Below, one piece after another: positions 37,533 to 48,181 of a DNA stretch of 64,000 nucleotides. Source of the stretch: Paracoccaceae bacterium (lineage in GTDB: Bacteria > Pseudomonadota > Alphaproteobacteria > Rhodobacterales > Rhodobacteraceae); contig JBCKXH010000001.1 in NCBI GenBank assembly GCA_038921555.1, positions 3,741 to 67,740 of the forward strand, given 5' to 3'. The translations under genes were made by a program, and so were the position numbers. Every line of letters begins with the position of its first letter. Position 1 is the stretch's first letter. The notes below the pieces were generated by a model. The model was given only the letters and a program-made list of their open reading frames with translations, had not been told where the DNA came from and made no database searches.

Positions 37533-38289
37533 GATGTTCCGGCTGGAACCTGTCACGCTATTGGCAAGTCGGTCGGAAAATCACCCGCGCGCGTCATGGG
37601 CTGGCCGCCGTCCGGGCGCTTACCCTGCCGATCCCGGATCGCTAGTGCGGCAGGTTGCCCGCAGCATGACCAGGGCGGAGATCCACTTAGAGCGCGTCGC
37701 GTTTGATCAGACGCGCATACCCGATGTGACGACGGATTTCGCTTGGCACAGGCTGCTTTCCAGCGCGCCGTAGGGTGTGCATTTATGCGCACCTCTGCTT
37801 CTGCTTGCCGGATTTACCACCGATCTCGGCAAGCCCAACCCCCCTTGCCCTGCGGCTTTCGCCTTCAGGCAACCCAACCGGGCCATTCGGGGGCTTACGC
37901 GGCCCCTCAGGGGCCACGGTCCCCCTCATATGCCACAGGCAGGTCTTCTATCCGGTCCTCAGGGCAGACCCCTCCGTGGCGCTGGCTGCGATCAAAGGCG
38001 ACACGCTCTAAAAAACTCCGGAACCGGTTCAAACAAACCGCACCACCTCGCCTGGCCGTGGTGCGGCTGGTGGCCGGTCAGGTGGCGGTGATGCAGGCCG
38101 GCAAGGTCGTCGGACCGGGGGGGCGCGGGCGCGAGTTTTACATGACCCGCAGTCGGATTGCACCAGAATGCTGCTACACTGATGGCCAGGATTGCAGCGC
38201 GCCGTCATTTGCGGCGGCGAAACCGACGGATCGGGGCCATATGAACAACGTGATCACATTGGCCGACAAGCATGAGGCGCAATCCGGGC

Positions 38290-38870
38290 GGGATGAGGCC
38301 GCAGTGATCGGCCTGCGGCTTTACAAGGTGCGGATGCCTTGGCCCTTGGAGCCGCAGGGCATAAGGGCTTTCTCGCAAGGGTTGCAGGAGGTTCTGATCG
38401 TCGAGGAACGCCGCGAGATCGTTGAGAACCAGATCAAGCAGCAATTGTTCAACTGGCGCGCCGATGTCCGCCCCCGGGTGGTCGGCAAGTTCGACGACAA
38501 GGACCGCCCCTTTCTGCCCCACGCCGCCGGACTGACGGTGTCGATGGTGGCCCGCGCCATTGCCGACCGCCTGTTGCCGCAAGCCCTGCCCGCAGGTCTG
38601 GCAGACAGTATCCGTGCCAAACTGCACCGGTTGGAGAGGCTGGAACAGGCGGCCGCGACCCACCTGCCGCCAGTGCTGCGCCAGCCGCTTTACTGCGCCG
38701 GTTGCCCGCACAACACCTCGACCCAGGTGCCCGAAGGCTCCAAGGCGATGGCGGGGATCGGCTGGCCCTGTTCGCTGCCCGATGAGATCTGCGGCTTTGG
38801 CCCGGTCAAGGCCGAGGCGATGGCGCGCGCCGCAGCCTTACGGGTCTGGTTGCTGGAAAGGCTCGCTGGA
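38290..38870 (+). pseudogene. Indolepyruvate:ferredoxin oxidoreductase family remnant (middle segment joined to extreme C-terminus)
   Basis: LRLYKVRMPWPLEP, VEERREIVENQIK, YCAGCPHNTST..AGIG, then jumps to LPDEICGFGPVK (C-terminal motif). Confidence 0.8.
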
Positions 38871-39595
38871 ATGTTCAACGCCGCGATGAATTTCGGGCTG
38901 GGACCGGATCTCGACGCCTTGCGCGCCATGGTCCATTCCTGGGCGCAGAGCCGCATCAGGCCGATGGCCTGCGAGATCGGCCGCGCCAACCTTTTCCCCG
39001 CCGCCTTGTGGGGTGAGATGGGCGCGCTTGGTTTACTGGGTATCACGGTGCCGGTTGAGTATGGCGGGGCCGGGATGGGCTATCTTGCCCATGTCGTGGC
39101 GGTCGAGGAAATCGCCCGCGCCTCGGCCAGCGTCAGCCTGTCGTACGGCGCACATTCCAACCTCTGCGTCAACCAGATCAACCTGGATGGCTCGGCCAGC
39201 CAGAAGGCCCGCTATCTGGCCAAACTGCTCAGCGGCACCCATGTCGGCGCTTTGGCGATGAGCGAGGCGGCGGCGGGGTCTGACGTGGTGTCAATGGTGC
39301 TGAGGGCAGAGCGGCGCGGCGACCATTATGTGCTGAACGGCACGAAATACCGGATCACCAACGGGTCGAGTGCCGATGTGCTGGTGGTCTATGGCAAGAC
39401 CGATCCGGCGGCGGGCTCAAATTGCATCACGGCGTTTCTGATTGTGCGGGGGATGAAGGGCTTTACCTCCGGTCCGCATTTCGACAAGCTGGGAATGCGC
39501 GGGTCGGATACGGCGGAACTCATCTTCAACGATGTCGAAGTGCCGGTCGAGAATGTTCTGGGCCAGGACGGGCGCGGCGTGCCGGTGCAGATGTC
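38871..39595 (+). pseudogene. ivd: Isovaleryl-CoA dehydrogenase, C-terminal part deleted
   Basis: MFNAAMNFGLG, SLSYGAHSNLCVNQI, GALAMSEAAAGSDVVSM, DKLGMRGSDT; stops matching after GRGV. Confidence 0.85.
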
Positions 39596-40277
39596 GGATG
39601 CGGCACAGGTTCTGGCCGGGATCACCCGCGCGCCGGGCGTGTTCTATGGGGCGCTGACGCCGAACCTGCGTGGGTTTGCGCAGGCCATGGCAGCGGGGGC
39701 GGATGAGGTCGCGGTTTTCGCTTCGGCCTCGGAAGGCTTCAGCCGGGCCATTATCAACTGTAGCATCGCGGCAAGCCTTGCCCGCTTTGCGCCGGTGCTG
39801 GCGGCGGCGGCGGCGGCAAAGCTCCGGGTGCGCGGCTATGTGTCTTGCGTGACCCACTGCCCTTATGACGGGCCGACCCCGCCGGAACGGGTAGCACGGG
39901 TCGCGCAGGCGCTGCTGGCGCTGGGCTGCCATGCGGTTTCGCTGGGCGACACCATCGGCCATGCCACGCCAGAGACCACGGCGCGGATGTTGGGCTTTGT
40001 GCTGGCCTGCGTGCCCGCGCGACAGCTTGCCGGGCATTTCCACGACTCCAAGGGGCAGGCGCTGGCCAATATCGCGGTGTCGCTGGAGCACGGCCTAGGC
40101 TGCTTTGATGCGGCGGTTGGCGGGCTTGGCGGCTGCCCCTTTGCGCCGGGGGCCAAGGGCAATGTCGCCACCGAAGCACTCGTGGCCCATCTGCATCACC
40201 TCGGTTTCGCCACCGGGATCGACATGGCGCGGCTGATGCTGGCGGTCAGTCTTGCCAAGGGATTGAGGAGAATCTGA
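39585..40277 (+). pseudogene. hmgL: Hydroxymethylglutaryl-CoA lyase lacking N-terminus, fused in frame to ivd
   Basis: QMSDA, ASASEGFS, RGYVSC..CPYDG, SLGDTIG, GHFHD, GGLGGCPFAPGAKGNVATE; N-terminal RDGLQ motif absent. Confidence 0.85.
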
Positions 40278-41060
40278 ATGCCGAGCTATGAAGCCTTGCC
40301 ATCACCAGCGATCCTCGCGGTGTGGCGCATCTAACCCTGAACCGCCCGCAAAAGCGCAACGCGCTGTCCGGCCAGATGATCGCGGAGCTGACCGCCGCCG
40401 CCCATAATCTGAGCGGACAGGACCGCGTCCGCGCCGTGGTTCTGGCGGGGGCGGGTGCGGTGTTTTGCGCCGGTGCTGACCTTGACTGGATGAAAGCCCA
40501 GATCGACGCCCCGCGATCAGCGGATGACCGAGGCCCGCAAACTTGCCATCATGCTGAAGGCGCTGAACGAAATGCAAAAGCCGCTGATCGGGCGCAGCCA
40601 TGGCGGGGCTTTTGGCGCTGGAATCGGGCTGGCCTGCGTCTGCGATGTGGCGCTGGCGGCCAAGGGCACCAGGTTCGGGCTGACCGAAACCCGGCTTGGC
40701 CTGATCCCGGCCACGATCAGCCCCTATGTGCTGGCCCGCATCGGCGAAGGCATGGCACGCCGGATCTTCATGTCGGCCCGGATTTTCGCCGCGGATGAGG
40801 CGCAGCAGCTTGGTCTTGTTGCCAAAGTCGCGGCCGAATCCGAGCTTGACGCTGAAATCGAGGCCGAAATCGCCCCCTATCTGTCGGCTGCCCCCGGTCC
40901 CGTTGCCGCAGCCAAGGCACTGGCGCGCGCCCTTGGTCCGCGCATTGACGACCAGATCATCGAAGACAGCATCGCCCACCTTGCCGACACCTGGGACAGC
41001 GAAGAAGCGGCCCATGGCATCGCGGCCTTTCTGGCCAAACGCCCACCACGCTGGGGCTAA
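40278..41060 (+). pseudogene. liuC: Methylglutaconyl-CoA hydratase (crotonase), two frameshifts
   Basis: [22 protein letters not shown] in one frame, [19 protein letters not shown] in another; shifts near 40295 and 40510. Confidence 0.8.
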
Positions 41061-41175
41061 AGTGCCGCCCCGGCCCGCAGACCGTCCTGAATGGCCTCTT
41101 CGACGGTGCGGGCCGCAAGGCAATCGCGGGTGGTCAGCACCTTGCCCGCAAACCCGGCAAGGTTGCGCAAGCTGA
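41057..41175 (-). pseudogene. C-terminal stub of an NADH:flavin oxidoreductase (OYE/TMADH-like)
   Basis: DCLAARTVEEAIQDGLRAGAAL* resembles the GDCLAPRxxEEAIxEG tail of that family. Confidence 0.5.
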
Positions 41176-41529
41176 CCCTGGGGCTGCAAGCCCGTGCAAC
41201 GGCTGGGCCTATGCGATGATGCTTGCACTGCACAGGAATGCCACGACGACCCCGGCGATCCGGGGACAGATTGCGCAAGCAGCGAACCCGACGAGAGAGA
41301 AAGCCACGTTCGCAGGATGTTCACTCTGGAGCGCGCCTTGCAGCCAAACGCGACAGCCCTGCCCCCCCTTCCCCTGCCCGCCATTTTCCTGTATGGCCCC
41401 CGCAATCTGCGACGTGAGGCCATGCCCCCGGCCACATGCAAAGGATTGGGGGCGGCGGCAATGGGGCCGCCATGCAAAAGGAAGACGCGGGCCAAGGGGC
41501 CGTGGATGCTTCCATATAGGGAACGATCA

Positions 41530-43665
41530 ATGTTCAACGTTACACGAAAATCCATCCTATGGGGCCATGACACGCTCACACTGGAATCGGGCAAGGTTGC
41601 CCGTCAGGCCGATGGCTCGGTCATAGCCACCTATGGCGAAACTCAGGTCATGGCCAATGTGACCTTCGCCAGAACCGCCAAGCTGGGGCAGGACTTCTTC
41701 CCGCTGACCGTGCATTATCAGGAAAAATACTATGCCGCGGGCAAGATCCCCGGTGGCTTCTTCAAACGTGAAGCCCGCCCGTCGGACAAAGAGACCCTGA
41801 CCTCGCGCCTGATCGACCGCCCCTGCCGCCCGCTGTTTGTTGAGGGCTTCAAGAACGAAGTCCTCGTGATGGCGACCGTGCTGTCCTGCGATCTGGTGAA
41901 CGACCCCGATATCGTCGCCATGATCGCGGTTTCGGCGGCGCTGACAATCTCCGGCGTGCCCTTCATGGGCCCGATCGGTGCGGCCCGGGTCGGCTTTACC
42001 GCTGGCGCCTATGTGCTGAACCCGGCGATGGACGACATGGCCCATCTGCGCGGCAATCCCGATCAGCGCCTTGACCTGGTCATCGCCGGCACCAAAGACG
42101 CCGTGATGATGGTTGAATCCGAGGCTTATGAGTTGTCCGAGGATGAAATGCTGGGCGCCGTCAAGTTCGGCCACGCCCAGATGCAGCCGGTCATCGACCT
42201 GATCATCGGCTTTGCCGAACACTGCGCCAAGGAGCCGTTGGATTTTCAGGCTCCCGATTACTCGGCGCTTTACGGCAAAGTGAAAACCGCCGGCGAGACG
42301 CTGATGCGGGCCGCCTTCGCCCTGCGCGACAAACAGCAGCGCACTACCGCCATCGAGGCCAGTGTGGCCGCGATCAAGGCCAAGATGTCGGACGAAGATC
42401 AGCTCGATGCGAACCTCTATCCTGCGATCAAAAAGCTGGAAAGCGCGATCCTGCGCGGCGGCATCATCTCGGGCGGTGCCCGGATTGATGGCCGTGACAC
42501 CAAGACGGTGCGCCAGATCAGCGCCGAGACCGGCGTCCTGCCGCGCACCCATGGCTCGGCCCTGTTCACCCGTGGCGAAACCCAGGCTCTGGTGGTGACC
42601 ACCCTTGGCACTGGCGAGGATGAGCAGATCATCGACGCGCTGAACGGCAAGCGCCGCTCGAACTTCCTGTTGCACTACAACTTCCCGCCCTATTCGGTTG
42701 GCGAAGTTGGCCGGGTAGGCTCGCCCGGTCGCCGCGAAATCGGTCACGGCAAACTGGCGTGGCGCGCGCTGCAAGCCGTGCTGCCCGCGCCGACCGACTT
42801 CCCCTACACCATCCGTCTGGTGTCCGAGATCACCGAAAGCAACGGCTCCTCCTCGATGGCCTCGGTCTGCGGTGGTTCGCTGTCGATGATGGATGCCGGC
42901 GTGCCGCTGAAGGCGCCGGTTGCTGGCGTGGCGATGGGCCTGATCTTGGAAGACGATGGAAGCTGGGCCGTGCTGACCGACATCCTGGGCGATGAAGATC
43001 ACCTTGGCGACATGGACTTCAAGGTTGCCGGCACTGCCAAGGGCATCACCACCATGCAGATGGACATCAAGATCGCCGGCATCACGCCCGAGATCATGGC
43101 GCAAGCCCTGGCGCAGGCCCGCGACGCCCGCCTGCACATCCTGGATGAGATGAACAAGGCGCTGTCCGCCCCCGCTGGTTTCAGCGAATACGCGCCCAAG
43201 ATCGAAACCCTGACGATCCCGACCGACAAGATCCGCGAAGTCATCGGTTCCGGCGGCAAGGTGATCCGCGAGATCGTCGAACTGTCCGGTGCCAAGGTTG
43301 ACATCGGCGACGACGGCGTCATCAAGATCGCGTCCAGCGACCAGAAGGCCATCAAAAAGGCCTATGACATGATCTGGTCGATCGTGGCCGAGCCAGAAGC
43401 AGGCCAGATCTACACCGGCCGCGTGGTGAAACTGGTCGATTTCGGTGCCTTCGTGAACTTCTTCGGCAAGCGTGACGGCTTGGTGCATGTCAGCCAAATC
43501 TCCGGCAAGCGCCTGAACCACCCGAATGAGGCGCTGAAGGAAGGTCAGGAAGTGAAGGTCAAGCTTCTGGGCTTTGACGACCGCGGCAAGGTGCGCCTTG
43601 GCATGAAGATGGTCGATCAGGAAACCGGGCTGGAGATCGGCGAAAAGACTGAAGCCGAGGCGTAA
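41530..43665 (+). CDS. pnp: Polyribonucleotide nucleotidyltransferase
   Basis: [55 protein letters not shown] and S1 domains. Confidence 0.98.
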   Translation: MFNVTRKSILWGHDTLTLESGKVARQADGSVIATYGETQVMANVTFARTAKLGQDFFPLTVHYQEKYYAAGKIPGGFFKREARPSDKETLTSRLIDRPCRPLFVEGFKNEVLVMATVLSCDLVNDPDIVAMIAVSAALTISGVPFMGPIGAARVGFTAGAYVLNPAMDDMAHLRGNPDQRLDLVIAGTKDAVMMVESEAYELSEDEMLGAVKFGHAQMQPVIDLIIGFAEHCAKEPLDFQAPDYSALYGKVKTAGETLMRAAFALRDKQQRTTAIEASVAAIKAKMSDEDQLDANLYPAIKKLESAILRGGIISGGARIDGRDTKTVRQISAETGVLPRTHGSALFTRGETQALVVTTLGTGEDEQIIDALNGKRRSNFLLHYNFPPYSVGEVGRVGSPGRREIGHGKLAWRALQAVLPAPTDFPYTIRLVSEITESNGSSSMASVCGGSLSMMDAGVPLKAPVAGVAMGLILEDDGSWAVLTDILGDEDHLGDMDFKVAGTAKGITTMQMDIKIAGITPEIMAQALAQARDARLHILDEMNKALSAPAGFSEYAPKIETLTIPTDKIREVIGSGGKVIREIVELSGAKVDIGDDGVIKIASSDQKAIKKAYDMIWSIVAEPEAGQIYTGRVVKLVDFGAFVNFFGKRDGLVHVSQISGKRLNHPNEALKEGQEVKVKLLGFDDRGKVRLGMKMVDQETGLEIGEKTEAEA

Positions 43666-43686
43666 GCGGGACGAATGATTGCCCAA

Positions 43687-43715
43687 AAGGCCCGCTCACG
43701 CGGGCCTTCTTTTTT
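43687..43715 (+). terminator. Rho-independent terminator after pnp
   Basis: AAGGCCCGC-TCAC-GCGGGCCTT followed by CTTTTTT. Confidence 0.85.
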
Positions 43716-43915
43716 GATGGCCCATGGTGACATGCCGCCGGTTCCTACGGTGTCCGAGCAAGAGTCTGATCAGAATTTGGATTTATGCGCTTTTTTCATC
43801 GCGGCACAAAGATCATCCACCCGCGATTGATAGGTGAAGTCGGCGTCTGATCTGGCCAAAGCGACCGCTTGCTCTGGGTCATCGAACCAATGCGCGCCTA
43901 TATCATTCGGCCTGG

Positions 43916-44572
43916 TCATCTTGGCTGCTTGGCAAACCGCAGATAGGGCAGCCTGATATCCAACTCGCCGTAACGCTCTCTGGCCTGTTCGTCGTTCAGG
44001 CTCAGCGCCACGATCACATCTTGACCGGGCTGCCAGTTCGCCGGAGTGGCCAAGGGCACCCCGTCGGTCAGCCGCACGGCATCCAGCGCCCGCAGAATCT
44101 CGGCAAAGTTGCGGCCCACCGACATCGGATAGGTCATGGTCAGCTTCACGCGTTTGTCCGGCCCCACGATGTAAACCGTCCGCACCGTGGCCGAATGGGC
44201 CGGTGTGCGGCCCTCGACCGGCAGATAGAACTCAGCCGGCAGCATGTCATAGGCCTTGGCCACCGCCAGCGACGTGTCGTCGACGATCGGGAAATCCGCC
44301 GGGACACCGCCAAAGGCCTCGATGTCGCGCTTCCACTTGTCGTGGTCCTGCACCGTATCGACCGATACGCCGATCACCTTGGTCGCCCGCTTGGCGAACT
44401 CGGGCAGCAATTGCGCCACCGCGCCGAATTCGGTCGTGCAGACCGGGGTGAAATCCCGCGGATGCGAGAAGATGATCGCGTAATGGCCATCCAGCCAGTC
44501 GTGGAACTTGATTTCCCCGGCGGTCGACTGGGCGGTGAAATCGGGGGCGATGTCGTTGATGCGGATGGCCAT
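43916..44572 (-). CDS. 1-Cys peroxiredoxin (Prx6 family)
   Basis: FSHPRDFTPVCTTE, YPMSVGRNFAEILR, TPANW. Confidence 0.94.
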   Translation of the reverse strand: MAIRINDIAPDFTAQSTAGEIKFHDWLDGHYAIIFSHPRDFTPVCTTEFGAVAQLLPEFAKRATKVIGVSVDTVQDHDKWKRDIEAFGGVPADFPIVDDTSLAVAKAYDMLPAEFYLPVEGRTPAHSATVRTVYIVGPDKRVKLTMTYPMSVGRNFAEILRALDAVRLTDGVPLATPANWQPGQDVIVALSLNDEQARERYGELDIRLPYLRFAKQPR

Positions 44573-44710
44573 GGCGAACCTCTGGTTTGTTGGATCTGTC
44601 CCAAGATAGACTGATCGGCACGAAACTTCATCACCCGCCTGCTGAATGCCGCAAAGAAGGCCATTTTACCAGCCCTTGCACCAAAACCGGACTCCAGTCC
44701 CGCCCAATGG

Positions 44711-45415
44711 TCACGGCGCAACACCGATTCGCGCCATGAACGCCAGCGCCACCCGGTCCCCGACCTCGATAGCCTCGATAGCCTCGATAGCCGCCACCTT
44801 GCGCATCACCCGGCGCAGATGGTCGGCGTCCGGCGTCGTCGGGTTCGGCCCGCGCGCGATCTTGGCCCGCAATTCCTCACCCGACCGCGTGTAATAATGG
44901 TTCAACTGGATACGCTCCGCCGAATAGAACCCAAGCCCCTCCCGCCCCTTGGCGCCAAACCGCACGCCCCGGTCATTGCAGGTGTCTGACACGCCATCCG
45001 TCTCGATCATATGGACCCTCACCGCCGTGACATGACAGGGATCGACGATCATCTCGAAATTCCGCAACCCGCGGGCACCGCTCATCGGGTCCGGGTTGCG
45101 GCTGGTATAGTTCGGCAAAACCCCACCCGAAGGCGGCACCACCTGCCCCGAGCGGCCAAACAAATGCCACGGCAGCACCGTCAAACGCCCGCCCAGAAAC
45201 CCCAGTTCCGCAAGGGCCGCATCCGTGCAGCCATTGTCATAGACCTAGAAGTGCCGCACACCCGCCAGCACATGAAACCGCGCCCATTCGGCGATATGTG
45301 CCGCCTCATTGCGCATGATCAGCACCAGCCCCAGGCCCTGCCGCCCCGGCCTGGGCGCCGGCGGATCAATCTCGATCCGGGTAATGCTCTGGCCGCGCGT
45401 CAGAAATCCGAACAT
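44711..45415 (-). pseudogene. Glycosyltransferase family 92/2-like pseudogene
   Basis: IMRNEAAHIAEWARFH..GVRHF*VYDNGCTD with in-frame TAG at 45247-45245; no DxDE motif (internal deletion); LNHYYTRS retained; 9-bp x3 repeat at 44764-44790. Confidence 0.8.
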
Positions 45416-45464
45416 GGCATTCCTATAGCAGCCCCAGGCCCGCCTCGCAAACGCGACAATTTGC

Positions 45465-45571
45465 CTAGATCAGGATGATGTTTGATCGAAAACATCCTCC
45501 TGATCTCGTTCGTTGATGGTCGCGTGAATGTTGAGGAAAACCGGTAACCACTTTTCCTCATCACGCTCCAA
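45465..45571 (+). repeat. Second copy of ~107-bp family B element
   Basis: CTAGATCAGGATGATGTTTGATCGAAAACATCCTCCTGATCT...GGTCGCGTGA...GGAAAACCGGTAACCACTTTTCC. Confidence 0.85.
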
Positions 45572-45581
45572 AATTTGCCCC

Positions 45582-45633
45582 CTTACCCTTTCGCAAATAC
45601 TCCCCCGGGGTGTGGGGGTGGGAAACCCCCACC
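45582..45633 (+). repeat. Repeat family A copy
   Basis: CAAATACTCCCCCGGGGTGTGGGGGTGGGAAACCCCCACC. Confidence 0.8.
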
Positions 45634-45827
45634 AACCTCTAGGCAGCAGATCGCCGCCGATAATTTGATCAAATTTTGCATCCTGACCTTGCCTCACCGA
45701 CAATCCAACGCAAAACTCCGACCAACCCAAGAAGGCCGCCATGATCTCCGGCTACGACCCCAACCTCGACCCCGAACTGGACATCGCCGCCGAGTGACTT
45801 TGGTATAACAGCAAGGCGACCAGCGGT

Positions 45828-46478
45828 TCAGAACGGACACTCCGCCCGATACTCAACCCAGGCCCTTGTCGCCGGATGATGCAGCCCCAGGGTTTGCGCA
45901 TGCAGCATCAACCTTGCAAACCCGCGCGCCTCGCCCGTTGCATAGATCGGATCGCCCAGAATTGGATGGCCGAGTGCCAGCATATGCACCCGCAACTGGT
46001 GAGAGCGCCCGGTCAGCGGATATAAATGAACCCGTGTTTCATTACCCTCCCGGCTGATAACCTCCCATTCGGTAATGGCCGAACGTCCGTTCACCTGATC
46101 GACCATCTGCCGGGGCCGGTTGGCCCAGTCCGAACCTATGGCGAGGTCAATCCGCCCGCGCTCGCCCGCAACCCTGCCAAACACAAGCGCGACATAGGTC
46201 TTTTTCGCACGCCGCTGCTCGAACTCCTGCCCCAGAAAGCCTTGGCACCCCTTGTTGCGGGCAAAGATCATCACGCCCGAGGTGTCGCAATCCAGCCGGT
46301 GCACCAGCAGAGCGTCCCAGAACACCGCCCGCAAACGGCTTTGCAGACAATCCTCGCGGCCCGCCAGCTTGCCCGGCACCGACAAAAGCCCGGCAGGCTT
46401 GTTGACCACGATGACCTGATCGTCCTGATGCAGGATCGCCAAAGGCACGTCCGCAGGCTGGTAGTCGAACTCGATCAT
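45828..46478 (-). CDS. RluA family pseudouridine synthase
   Basis: VNKPAGLLSVPG, VHRLDCDTSG, TGRSHQLRVH, GHPILGD. Confidence 0.93.
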   Translation of the reverse strand: MIEFDYQPADVPLAILHQDDQVIVVNKPAGLLSVPGKLAGREDCLQSRLRAVFWDALLVHRLDCDTSGVMIFARNKGCQGFLGQEFEQRRAKKTYVALVFGRVAGERGRIDLAIGSDWANRPRQMVDQVNGRSAITEWEVISREGNETRVHLYPLTGRSHQLRVHMLALGHPILGDPIYATGEARGFARLMLHAQTLGLHHPATRAWVEYRAECPF

Positions 46479-47368
46479 AGGATATGATGGCCCGCCGCCC
46501 GCAACCGCGCGGCCAACAGCGCGATATGCGCCGGCCCCACTTCACAGCACCCCCCGACGATTGTCGCCCCCATCGCAACCCAAGCCATTGCGAAATCGGC
46601 ATATTTTTCCGGCGTCAGGTCGCCTCGACGGGTCAGATCCTTGACGGTCGGCGCATCTTTCAGGAAATTGCCCGAGATATGGGTAAAGCCGTTGGCATAG
46701 GCGCCAAATGGCAATCCCAACCCCTTCAGCGCCGCCAGCGCCGCCGCCATCGCCTCGGGAACCGAGCAATTGGCCAGCACCGCCGCCACCGGATGCTTTG
46801 CCACAACCTGCGCCAGCCCCGCCACCGGCTCGCCCGAGCGCAGCCGCGTCCCGTCATGGTCATCGACCGAGACCGACAGCCACACCGGCTTGCCCGCGGC
46901 CTGTGCGCCCTCCACCACCGCCTCGGCCATTCCCAGCGAAGCCATGGTCTCGCACAGGATCAGATCGACATGCGGCGCCAAAATCCGCGCCACTTCGGCA
47001 TATTTCGGCGCCGCCACCGCAACCGGTTCCGCCAGATCGGGCCGGTAACTCGCCTTCAGCGGCCCGATCGACCCGGCAATCCGCCCTGACCCCGCCCCGC
47101 GCGCCTCATGCGCCTCGGCGAGGGCGCGCAGGTGCAGGGCGTGAAACATGTGGTCCAGACCAAAACGCTCCAACCGGTCATGGTGGATCGCATAGGTGTT
47201 GGTGGTGGCCAGGCTGGCCCCGGCGGCAAAGTAATCCTCATGGATGGCGCGCACCATGCCGGGATGGTCGATCATCACCCGCGTCGCCCACAGTTGCGTC
47301 GGCTCGTCCCCCGAACGGGCCAGCAGTTCCTGCCCCATCCCGCCGTCCAGAAGGGTAATCTGCGTCAT
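46475..47368 (-). CDS. Homocysteine S-methyltransferase family protein
   Basis: LLDGGMGQEL, ANCS, GAYANGF, VGGCCEVGP zinc motif. Confidence 0.92.
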   Translation of the reverse strand: MTQITLLDGGMGQELLARSGDEPTQLWATRVMIDHPGMVRAIHEDYFAAGASLATTNTYAIHHDRLERFGLDHMFHALHLRALAEAHEARGAGSGRIAGSIGPLKASYRPDLAEPVAVAAPKYAEVARILAPHVDLILCETMASLGMAEAVVEGAQAAGKPVWLSVSVDDHDGTRLRSGEPVAGLAQVVAKHPVAAVLANCSVPEAMAAALAALKGLGLPFGAYANGFTHISGNFLKDAPTVKDLTRRGDLTPEKYADFAMAWVAMGATIVGGCCEVGPAHIALLAARLRAAGHHIL

Positions 47369-47369
47369 G

Positions 47370-48110
47370 TCACCCGCCTTCCGCTTGGGGCAACCCATCG
47401 CTCAGTGGGTAGTAATCACCCTTGTCGGCCACAAAGATGTGCCGCGAAAGATGGCCGCCGGTCGGGTTGTCGATGCAGCCCGCCTCAACCGAAAACCCGC
47501 CATCCGCCGCGCGGAAATACAGCGACGACCCGCAGCATGGGCAAAATCCGCGCTGCGCGCCACCCGGCGTCATATATTCCGCCACCAACTTGCCGGCCCA
47601 GATCAGCGCATCCTCCTCGACATCGAACGACGCCGAGAAATGGCCTGACGCCTTGCGGCACTGGCTGCAATGGCAGGCCGTCACCTCACCCATCGCTCCG
47701 TCCAGGGTGAATAGATTGGCACCACACAGGCAGGACCCGGTCAGCAACGCGGCGGGCTGCGGCACAAGGTAATAATCGCCCGCGTCCGCCAGATACCATT
47801 CCTCTTCTATCGCCAACCCGGTCGCCCCGTCCAAAGCCCCCGGCGCGAAATGCAGCGTGCCCTGCCCGAAAGGCCGCCAGAACAGGCTGGAGCCGCAGGT
47901 GCCGCAAAACCCCCGCTCCGCCACGTCAGACGAGCGATACCAGCGCAGCGCACCCGCCTGCACCAGTGCAAACGCCGAATCCACCACCGAGCTTGCCGCC
48001 CAGAAATGCCCCGACATCTTGCGGCATTGCGTGCAATGGCAGGCGATCACCGGGCGCAAGGTCCCCGCCACCGCGAACACCACCCCGCCGCACAGGCATG
48101 ACCCTTTCAT
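47370..48110 (-). CDS. Tandem two-domain GFA (glutathione-dependent formaldehyde-activating/CENP-V) protein
   Basis: Two complete GSCLCG..CHCxQCRK..FCxxCGSSL sets in one 246-aa ORF. Confidence 0.88.
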   Translation of the reverse strand: MKGSCLCGGVVFAVAGTLRPVIACHCTQCRKMSGHFWAASSVVDSAFALVQAGALRWYRSSDVAERGFCGTCGSSLFWRPFGQGTLHFAPGALDGATGLAIEEEWYLADAGDYYLVPQPAALLTGSCLCGANLFTLDGAMGEVTACHCSQCRKASGHFSASFDVEEDALIWAGKLVAEYMTPGGAQRGFCPCCGSSLYFRAADGGFSVEAGCIDNPTGGHLSRHIFVADKGDYYPLSDGLPQAEGG

Positions 48111-48181
48111 TCCACCACCTCATCACTCTCACCATGGCTCAGCGCGTGGATGCTGGCCGAAATCTCAGGATAATCCACCCC

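Noticed and set aside
41557-43686. 709-aa antisense ORF (also 11304-12914, 15937-17274, 24870-26360, 28699-30120, 57360-58790)
   Set aside because: Shadow ORFs opposite well-supported genes, expected from high-GC codon bias; no motifs
45245-45247. In-frame TAG as pyrrolysine or readthrough
   Set aside because: The gene also lacks its catalytic region and no pyl machinery is visible; simple pseudogenisation is more likely
45741-45797. 18-codon ORF MISGYDPNLDPELDIAAE with RBS-like GAAGG
   Set aside because: Too short to assign; possibly another stub but unsupported
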